DNA of 45,076 nucleotides. Source: Actinomycetes bacterium (GTDB lineage Bacteria; Actinomycetota; Actinomycetes; JACCUZ01). Below, in pieces: positions 26,710-33,464 of this stretch. The stretch spans positions 1 to 45,076 of the forward strand of contig DASTVO010000152.1 of NCBI GenBank assembly GCA_035759075.1, in the 5' to 3' direction. The notes beneath the pieces are model-generated. The model had not been told where the DNA came from, made no database searches, and saw only the letters and a program-made list of their open reading frames with translations. The first letter of the stretch is position 1. Every line of letters starts with the position of its first letter. The position numbers and the translations under genes were made by a program.

Positions 26710-27579
26710 ATGGACGTGCCAACCCCCACCGGAGCGATCGTCGTCGGCGTCGACGCGTCCGAGGACAGCGACAGAGCAGTGATATGGGCATTGGGAATGG
26801 CCGAGCCGAGCGGCACACCGGTGCACTTCGTGCACGTGCAGACCTCCGCGCCGTCGTACCTCCTGGACGAGACCGGCCGGCAGAAATGGGAGCGCGCCGG
26901 TCAAGCGATCCTCGACGCGGCCATCGAGCAGGCTGAACAGGTCCCGACCGTGCCGGTCAGCCGACAGACGATCTTCGAGCCTGGCGTGGCGACTGCCGAC
27001 GGGCTGGTGTCGGCGAGCAAGGACGCGTCGATGGTCGTCGTCGGCACCCGCGGCCACGGAGGCTTCGCCGGGCTGCTGGTGGGGTCGGTGAGCCAGCACG
27101 TCGCCCGGCACGCCGACTGCCCGGTGGCCGCGGTGCGTGCACAGGCCGACCCGCACGCGAACCGCGTCGTCGTCGGTGTCGACGACTCCGAGGGCGCCCA
27201 GGAGGCGCTGGCGCTCGCGTTCGAGATCGCCGCGCAGCACGGGGTCGGCCTGACGGCGGTCCACGCCTTTCACGCGCCGTCGCTGTACGGCCGTGGCGTG
27301 GTGCTGCCGATGCCCGGAGACGTCGGCGAGCACCTCGCCTCGGAGCAGCAGGAGCTGGCGCGCGTGCTCGCGCCGTGGGAGCAGAAGTACCCGGGCGTCC
27401 CGGTGACGCCGGAGGTCATCCCCGGCCACCCGGCCGAGGTGCTCACGCACGCGTCCGGGCGCGCCGCCCTCGTCGTCGTCGGATCGCGCGGTCGCGGGGC
27501 GTTCACCGGCCTGCTGCTCGGCTCGGTCGGTCAGCAGCTGCTGCACCTGGCTCAGTGCCCGGTACTGATCGCCCGCTGA
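26710..27579 (+). CDS. Universal stress protein, tandem USP domains
   Basis: 289 aa. An AAGGAG Shine-Dalgarno sequence lies upstream. Motifs are IVVGVDASEDS.. and GTRGHGGFAGLLVGSV / GSRGRGAFTGLLLGSV. Confidence 0.88.
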   Translation: MDVPTPTGAIVVGVDASEDSDRAVIWALGMAEPSGTPVHFVHVQTSAPSYLLDETGRQKWERAGQAILDAAIEQAEQVPTVPVSRQTIFEPGVATADGLVSASKDASMVVVGTRGHGGFAGLLVGSVSQHVARHADCPVAAVRAQADPHANRVVVGVDDSEGAQEALALAFEIAAQHGVGLTAVHAFHAPSLYGRGVVLPMPGDVGEHLASEQQELARVLAPWEQKYPGVPVTPEVIPGHPAEVLTHASGRAALVVVGSRGRGAFTGLLLGSVGQQLLHLAQCPVLIAR

Positions 27580-27669
27580 TCGAATCCCGCCTCGTCGAGC
27601 CCTGACCTGGGCCATGCTGTCGGCCACCGGACCACGGAGGTGGTCGGCACCACGGGCGGAGGTCGGTCG

Positions 27670-28353
27670 GTGGAGTGGCGGATCCTGCGCGACCTGCGCG
27701 AGGAGGACCGGGAGCGCGTGCTCACGGCAGCCACGCGCCGCCGGTTCGCCCGGGACGAGACTGTCGTGCACCAGGGTGAGCCGGGGGCTGCGTTCCACCT
27801 GCTCGCCAGCGGCCGGGTGGCCGTCCGCGTGACGACCCCGGACGGCGAGACCGTGATCCTCTCCGTCCTCTCCCCCGGCGACTTCTTCGGTGAACAGGCC
27901 CTGCTCGGACCGCGCCACCAGCGCACGGCCTCGGTGGTGGCGCTGGAGCCGGTGGAGACGCTCGCCCTCGACGCAGCACGCTTCGAGTCCCTACGGCGGG
28001 AGCAGCCCTCCGTGGAGCGGTTCCTCGTCGAGGTGCTGGCGGCACAGGTCCGACGCCTCACGGCGCACCTGGTCGAGGCGTTGCACGTCCCGGCCGAGCA
28101 GCGCACCCTGCGCCGGCTGCTCGCTCTCGCCCACCAGTACCGGACGCCGAACGGCGGCGGCCCGGTGGTCGTACCGGTCACCCAGCAGGACCTCGCCACC
28201 ATGGCGGGCACGACCCGGCCGACCGCCAACCGCGTGCTCCGCGCGATGGAGGACGCCGGCGCCCTGCGGCTCGCCCGAGGCCGGATCGAGGTGCTCGACG
28301 TGCAGGCGCTGCGCACCGAGGCCGGGGCGCACGCCGGGACGAGAAAGACCTGA
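27670..28353 (+). CDS. Crp/Fnr-family transcriptional regulator (cNMP-binding domain plus HTH)
   Basis: The cNMP-binding cassette is FGEQALLG..RTASVVA. The C-terminal HTH is TQQDLATMAGTTRPTANRVLRAME. GTG 27670 follows GGAGG by 9 nt, and GTG 27640 is the alternative start. Confidence 0.85.
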   Translation: MEWRILRDLREEDRERVLTAATRRRFARDETVVHQGEPGAAFHLLASGRVAVRVTTPDGETVILSVLSPGDFFGEQALLGPRHQRTASVVALEPVETLALDAARFESLRREQPSVERFLVEVLAAQVRRLTAHLVEALHVPAEQRTLRRLLALAHQYRTPNGGGPVVVPVTQQDLATMAGTTRPTANRVLRAMEDAGALRLARGRIEVLDVQALRTEAGAHAGTRKT

Positions 28354-28441
28354 GAAAGTCGGTTGTGTCGCGCAGCGCACAGACGAAGTCGCCTGGCCCC
28401 TGCAGTATTTCGCCCAAGCCCGGACCTACCAGGAGGACACC

Positions 28442-28654
28442 ATGAGCGAGAACGACACCACCAAGGACCAGCTCGACGACGTCGAGGGTCACGTGCTCAA
28501 GCGGCCCAGCGCTGCCGAGGTCGACGACGTCTCGGGTCACGCGCTCAAGCGGCCGTCCGCCCAGGACGAGGACGACGTCGAGGGCCACGCCCTCAAGCGG
28601 CCGTCCGCCCAGGACGAGGACGACGTCGAGGGCCACGCCCTCAAGCGTCCGTAA
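28442..28654 (+). CDS. Small acidic repeat protein (70 aa; 16-aa unit DDVEGHALKRPSAQDE, 3.7 copies)
   Basis: AGGAGG lies 7 nt upstream of ATG 28442. The product is MSENDTTKDQLDDVEGHVLKRPSAAEVDDVSGHALKRPSAQDEDDVEGHALKRPSAQDEDDVEGHALKRP. The repeats are in frame and the protein ends exactly at a unit boundary. Confidence 0.7.
   Translation: MSENDTTKDQLDDVEGHVLKRPSAAEVDDVSGHALKRPSAQDEDDVEGHALKRPSAQDEDDVEGHALKRP
28475..28651 (+). repeat. 48-nt tandem repeat (3.7 copies) inside the small CDS
   Basis: Units are 28475-28522, 28523-28570, 28571-28618 and a partial 28619-28651. Unit 4 is identical to the corresponding part of unit 3 except for one base (gcggccg versus gcgtccg). Confidence 0.9.
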
Positions 28655-28657
28655 CAA

Positions 28658-28672
28658 CCCTCCTCGGGAGGG
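28658..28672. terminator. Hairpin in the 30-nt gap between the convergent repeat-protein and S8 genes
   Basis: CCCTCC-tcg-GGAGGG. It could act as a bidirectional terminator. The stem is short and there is no clear U-tract. Confidence 0.4.
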
Positions 28673-28684
28673 CTGAGACCGTGC

Positions 28685-29491
28685 TCACGCCGTGGCGTTG
28701 TCTGCCACGGCGTGCAGCACGGTCTTCACGTGGAAGGGGGTCAGCCCGGGGTGCTTGGACAGCAGCCGGGCGATCAGACCGGCGACATGAGGGGCCGCGA
28801 AGCTGTTCCCGGTGGTCACGATGGTCCCGCCGCCCTTCCAGGCGACCGTGACGTCGATGCCGGGGGCCCCGAACTCCACCGGCGGCCGGGGGTTGTAGTC
28901 GATGCCGAACGGGTCGTGCCGGTCGTGGGCCGCGACCGAGAACACCGACGCGTACTGCGACGGGTAGCTCGGCGCCGGCACGTTGTTCACCGCGCACACC
29001 AGCATCACGTTGGCGAAGTAGGCGCGGTCGGCGAGCTCGTGAAAGAGCGCGAAGTAGTCCTCCTTGCCGGTGCTCAGTGACAGGTTGACGACCCGGAAGC
29101 CGTGGTCGATCGCCCACTCGAGGCCGGCCGCGAAGACCAGGCCCTTGCCGGTGAGGCGCTCCCCGAGGACCCGGATGCTGTGCAGACGGCACTGCGGCGC
29201 GACGGCCCGGACGATGCCGGCGCACGCGGTGCCGTGCCCGAAGAGGTCCTGGTGCGGTCCCTCGACCCGCCGGACGCCGTCCTCCTCGTCTGGGTCGTAC
29301 GACATGGCCACGGCCGACGTGACGGCACCGACCAACGGGTGGTCGGCGTCCACGCCGCTGTCGATGACCGCCACGTCGACGCCGGAACCGTCCGCGCCGC
29401 CCCAGGCCCACTCCCGGGTGATGCCCTGGGGGAAGGGCCGGACAGACGTCAGGGTGGCCGGGTCGAAGAGCTCCGACCAGGCCGGTCTCAG
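28685..29491 (-). CDS. S8 family (subtilisin-like) serine peptidase without signal peptide or propeptide
   Basis: The catalytic triad contexts are intact: VAVIDSGVDADHP (Asp), HGTACAG (His) and GNSFAAPHVAG (Ser). No ATG, GTG or TTG lies in frame near the domain start. The 5' end is set at CTG 29491-29489, which overlaps the GAF gene's TGA, so it is uncertain (see findings). Confidence 0.8.
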   Translation of the reverse strand: MRPAWSELFDPATLTSVRPFPQGITREWAWGGADGSGVDVAVIDSGVDADHPLVGAVTSAVAMSYDPDEEDGVRRVEGPHQDLFGHGTACAGIVRAVAPQCRLHSIRVLGERLTGKGLVFAAGLEWAIDHGFRVVNLSLSTGKEDYFALFHELADRAYFANVMLVCAVNNVPAPSYPSQYASVFSVAAHDRHDPFGIDYNPRPPVEFGAPGIDVTVAWKGGGTIVTTGNSFAAPHVAGLIARLLSKHPGLTPFHVKTVLHAVADNATA

Positions 29492-30252
29492 CTCAGACGT
29501 CGTCCCCGCCCCCTGACGGCGGACTGCCTCACGTACGTCAGCAGCGACTCGACGACACCTCTCGCGAGCGCGCGCTCGGCCGACCCCATGCGGTCGAGGT
29601 GCCCGAGCAGGGCGGCCAGGGCCAGCAGGTCCTTGTCCGGTTCGCCCGCTCGGTCCGCGGCCGCTGCCAGCGCCTCGGCCAGCGGCGTCTCGGGCGCGGC
29701 AGCTGCGACGGCCTCCAGGACCGACCTGCCGAGCTCGGAGAACGCCCGAGAGTTCTCGATCGCCAACGCCGCCTGGTCGGCGAACAGGGAGAGCAGTCGC
29801 ATGTCCTGCTCGGCACCGGGCCGGGAGGCGTCGCGGTCGAGCACCTCGATGACGCCCAGGACCCGGCGCGGGCTGGTGACCGGTACCGCGAGGATGGCCG
29901 TCGGCACGTAGCCGGTGGACTCGGCGACGTCCGTAGCGAAGCGGGCGTCCTGCTGGAGGTCGGCGATCGAGATGGGCTGCTCCGACATCACGACCCATCC
30001 GGCGATGCCCTGCCCGGCCGGGATGCGGAGATCGACGACGTCGTCGGCGCCCGTGCCGGCGGCGGTGGTGAAGACCAGCTCGGACTGGTCGTCGGTCAGC
30101 AGCGCCAACGAGCACGCCTGGGCGCCGAACAGCTCCCGCGCGGCCTCGGTGATGCTGTGCAGCAGCTCGCTCGTCCCGACCGGTGCCAGGGCGGGCCCGA
30201 CCGCCGTCAGGACCCGGCTGAGGTCCTCGAGGAGCTCCCCGTCCTCGCTCAC
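29488..30252 (-). CDS. GAF domain-containing protein
   Basis: 254 aa with a GTG start. The GAF core (ACSLALL..LVFTTAAG..GIAGWVV..PISIADL..AILAVPV..GVIEVLD) is followed by an alpha-helical C-terminal region of about 80 aa. Confidence 0.85.
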   Translation of the reverse strand: MSEDGELLEDLSRVLTAVGPALAPVGTSELLHSITEAARELFGAQACSLALLTDDQSELVFTTAAGTGADDVVDLRIPAGQGIAGWVVMSEQPISIADLQQDARFATDVAESTGYVPTAILAVPVTSPRRVLGVIEVLDRDASRPGAEQDMRLLSLFADQAALAIENSRAFSELGRSVLEAVAAAAPETPLAEALAAAADRAGEPDKDLLALAALLGHLDRMGSAERALARGVVESLLTYVRQSAVRGRGRRLS

Positions 30253-30256
30253 CGGG

Positions 30257-30676
30257 TCAGCGCGTCCTGGCCTCCGCAGCGCGCAGATGCCGGCAGAGGC
30301 CGAGCAGAAGGGCGTGAGCCATCTTCGGGTGCGCCTCGAGGAGCGGCGCGAAGTTCCAGGCCGGCAGTGACAGCGTCCGCACCGTGCCGTCCGGGACGAT
30401 CGTGGCTGACCGCGGCTTGCCGTCGAGCAGTGAGATCTCCCCGAAGTAGTCGCCGGGCCCGAGCGTGCCCTTCACTTCGCCGTGCTGCTTCACCGTGACC
30501 GTCCCGTCGAGGATCAGGTGGAAGCCGACCCCGCTCTTGCCTTCTTCGGCGAGCTCGCCACCGGCGTCATGGGTCACCTCACGGGACCGGCTCAGGACGT
30601 CACGAAGCTCCTTGTCCGACAGGCCCTGGAACAGGGGGACGGAACGAAGCCGCTCGAGCATCTCCGTGTCAGCCAT
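30257..30676 (-). CDS. Stand-alone cyclic-nucleotide-binding domain protein
   Basis: 139 aa from ATG 30676, with LFQGLSDKELRDV...GDYFGEISLLDGKPRSATIVP, a phosphate-binding cassette containing Arg. It has no output domain. Its stop lies 4 nt before the GAF gene start. Confidence 0.85.
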   Translation of the reverse strand: MADTEMLERLRSVPLFQGLSDKELRDVLSRSREVTHDAGGELAEEGKSGVGFHLILDGTVTVKQHGEVKGTLGPGDYFGEISLLDGKPRSATIVPDGTVRTLSLPAWNFAPLLEAHPKMAHALLLGLCRHLRAAEARTR

Positions 30677-30833
30677 CAGCCACCCATCTCGACGTGTCCG
30701 GTGCCACCAGCCATCGCGGCACAGCGAACGCTGCCACCGCGGACCACCGCGCGCAACCACTTCTGATCTCTGCGCGAGCCCTGGTCCCGGAGATCAACCA
30801 GACCGCAGACGCCCAACCGTCATCGGCCGCATC

Positions 30834-33380
30834 ATGTGGGGCGTGCGCACCGACCTGCCGACCGGGACGGTGACGTTCCTGTTCACCGACATCGAGGGCT
30901 CGACCCGGCTGCTGCACGAGCTGGGGAGCGAGGCGTACGCCGCGGCGCTGCTCGAGCACCGGCGGCTGGTGCGTGCCGCCTGCGCTGCGTACGACGGCGT
31001 CGAGGTCGACACCCAGGGCGACGCGTTCTTCGTCGCCTTCCCGACTGCCCCAGGCGCGGTGCTGGCTGCCGCGCGCATCGTCGAGGACCTACGCCCGGGT
31101 CCGATCCGGCTCCGGATGGGGCTGCACACCGGGACGCCGTACGTCACCGCCGAGGGTTACGTCGGTGAGGACGTGCACCGTGCTGCGCGGATCGCGGCGT
31201 GCGGACACGGCGGACAGGTGCTTGTGTCATCGGCCACCGCCGCCCTGCTGCGACCCGGCACGCTGCCCGACGGGCTGGACCTGCGCGACCTAGGTGACCA
31301 CCGGCTCAAGGACCTCTCCGCCGCCGAACGCATCCACCAGCTGGGCGACGACGACTTCGCGCCGCTGAAGAGCCTGCACCGCACGAACCTCCCGGTGCCG
31401 GCGACGCCGTTTCTCGGCCGTACCCGGGAGCTGGCGGAGGTGACGGATCTGCTGTCTCGCGTGGATGTCCGGCTGCTGACTCTGACCGGCCCCGGCGGGA
31501 CGGGGAAGAGCCGACTGGCCCTGCAGGCCGCGGCCGAGGTGTCGGACCGCTTTCCCGGCGGGGTGTTCTGGGTGCCACTGGCACCGCTGCGTGACCCCGG
31601 CCTCGTGCTCGCGACGGCCGCTGCCGCGGTGGGAACCGGGGAGGACCTGCGGGACCACATCGGGGACAAGTCGATGCTCCTGCTGCTCGACAACTTCGAG
31701 CACCTCATGGGAGCGACCGCTGACCTCCACAGCCTCATGGCCACCTGCCCGAAGGTCGTCCTGCTCGTGACCAGCCGCGAGACCCTGCGCCTGCCGGGCG
31801 AGCAGGCCTACCCGGTGCCGCCGCTCCGCGGCGACGAGGCCGTCGAGCTCTTTGCCGCCCGGGCACGCGCGGCCGACCCGCACTTCGTCCCCGGCCCCAC
31901 GCTCGTGCTGCTCACCGAGCGGCTCGACCGGCTCCCGCTGGCCATCGAGCTTGCCGCGGCGCGCGTCCGGGTCCTCACGATGGATCAGCTCGTCGACCGC
32001 CTGGACCGCCGGCTCGACCTGCTCAAGGCCGGACGTGGCGCCGACCCCCGCCAGCAGACACTTCGCGCGACGATCGAGTGGAGCCACGATCTGCTCGACG
32101 ACGAGGAGAGACGGCTGTTCGCCCGGCTCGGCGTGTTCTCCGGAGGCTGCACGCTGGAGTCCGCGGAGAGGGTCTGCGATGCCGACCTCGACGTGCTGGA
32201 GTCGCTCGTCGACAAGAGTCTGGTACGTGTTCGCGACGGTGACCGCTTCTGGATGCTCGAGACGATCCGTGAGTACGCCGTCGAACGTCTCCGGGACAGT
32301 GCGGAGCTGGCCGAGCTTCGGCGCCGCCACGCCGAACACTTCCTCGCCCTGGGCGAGGAGGCGGCGCCGCACCTGCGAGGCTCGGCGGCCGCGCGGTGGC
32401 TCGACCGGCTCGACGACGAGCACGACAACGTGCGGGCCGCGCTGGAGTGGTTCGCCCGCGAGCAGCGGGTGGACGAGCATCTGCGCCTGGCCGCATCGCT
32501 CGTCGAGTTCTGGCTGAGCCGCGGGTTCCTGAGCGAGGGCCGTCGCATCCTGGCCGACGCTCTTGCAGCAGGCGACGGTGAGCCGGGGTCGCGGGCCCGC
32601 GCGCTCGACGGGGCCGCGGTCCTCGCCGTGTCCGCAGGCGACACGGGCGCGGCACGGTCGCCCGCGGCCGAGGCACTGGCGATCCACCAACGGCTCGGCG
32701 ACGAGGCGGCCCGTGCCGAGTCCCTGTGGACCCTCGGGTACGTGGCCGTCGAGGACAAGGACTGGTCGGCGGCGCAGAAGGCAGTGGAGGAGAGCACGAG
32801 CATCTTCAGGAGGGTGGGCGACGTCCCGAGCCTTCTCGGCGCGAGCCGCACGCTGGCGTGGATCCACCACATGCGCGGCGATCTCGACACGGCACGCCGG
32901 CTGCACGAGCAGAACCTCGCGCTGGCGAGAGGCGCGGGCCATCAGGCGGTCCAGGCGGCGATCCTCGGCTCGCTGGGGAACATCGCAACGGAGCAGGGCC
33001 GCCTGGCCGATGCCGCGACGATGCTCCGTGAGAACCAGCGGCTGGTCGAGGCCCTCGGGGACCGCACGGCCATCGTCGTGAACCTGGCCCGAATCGCTCG
33101 GCTGCTCGCCCTCCTCGGCGAGCGGGAGACGGCGGCCGCTCTGCTGGCCTGCTCGGAGGAAGCGAGCCGGACCATGGGCGGGTGGGAAGCCTGGGCGGGC
33201 GTCCTGAACGACGGGACGCGGGCGATGCTGGAGGGTCTCCCCCAGGACCTCTGGGAGAGAGCCGCCCGACGCGGGGTCCGGCTCGCGCCGGAAGACGCAG
33301 CTCGCGAGGCGCTCTCGGTGGCGGCGCAAGCTCTCGAGCCCGAGCATCGGGCCCACGGTTCCAGCGGGGAGCAGTGCTGA
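30834..33380 (+). CDS. Class III nucleotidyl cyclase domain fused to STAND (NB-ARC-like) P-loop ATPase and TPR array
   Basis: 848 aa from ATG 30834. The cyclase fold is TFLFTDIEGST..QGDAFFVAF..GEDVHRAARI..GGQVLVS. The Walker A motif is GPGGTGKS and Walker B is LLLLDNFEH. The C-terminal roughly 350 aa are repetitive helical, TPR-like. Confidence 0.88.
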   Translation: MWGVRTDLPTGTVTFLFTDIEGSTRLLHELGSEAYAAALLEHRRLVRAACAAYDGVEVDTQGDAFFVAFPTAPGAVLAAARIVEDLRPGPIRLRMGLHTGTPYVTAEGYVGEDVHRAARIAACGHGGQVLVSSATAALLRPGTLPDGLDLRDLGDHRLKDLSAAERIHQLGDDDFAPLKSLHRTNLPVPATPFLGRTRELAEVTDLLSRVDVRLLTLTGPGGTGKSRLALQAAAEVSDRFPGGVFWVPLAPLRDPGLVLATAAAAVGTGEDLRDHIGDKSMLLLLDNFEHLMGATADLHSLMATCPKVVLLVTSRETLRLPGEQAYPVPPLRGDEAVELFAARARAADPHFVPGPTLVLLTERLDRLPLAIELAAARVRVLTMDQLVDRLDRRLDLLKAGRGADPRQQTLRATIEWSHDLLDDEERRLFARLGVFSGGCTLESAERVCDADLDVLESLVDKSLVRVRDGDRFWMLETIREYAVERLRDSAELAELRRRHAEHFLALGEEAAPHLRGSAAARWLDRLDDEHDNVRAALEWFAREQRVDEHLRLAASLVEFWLSRGFLSEGRRILADALAAGDGEPGSRARALDGAAVLAVSAGDTGAARSPAAEALAIHQRLGDEAARAESLWTLGYVAVEDKDWSAAQKAVEESTSIFRRVGDVPSLLGASRTLAWIHHMRGDLDTARRLHEQNLALARGAGHQAVQAAILGSLGNIATEQGRLADAATMLRENQRLVEALGDRTAIVVNLARIARLLALLGERETAAALLACSEEASRTMGGWEAWAGVLNDGTRAMLEGLPQDLWERAARRGVRLAPEDAAREALSVAAQALEPEHRAHGSSGEQC

Positions 33381-33464
33381 CGGGGTCGAACGAGCGGTGA
33401 GGCAGCCCTTTTGCGCCTCTCCCGACCCGTCTCGGTCCGAGCATGTGACATCCTCTGCGCCAGC

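Noticed and set aside
28475-28651. A regularly spaced 48-nt direct repeat array that could be mistaken for a CRISPR array.
   Set aside because: The repeats are contiguous with no spacers. They are in frame within an ORF that has a strong Shine-Dalgarno sequence and encode a 16-aa unit. No cas genes are present in the window.
30694-30707. A CRP-like GTG-N8-CAC core 24 nt upstream of the stand-alone cNMP-binding gene.
   Set aside because: Only 6 specified bases match, and the flanking consensus A/T positions are not matched. Such a pattern is expected many times by chance in a 45-kb window.
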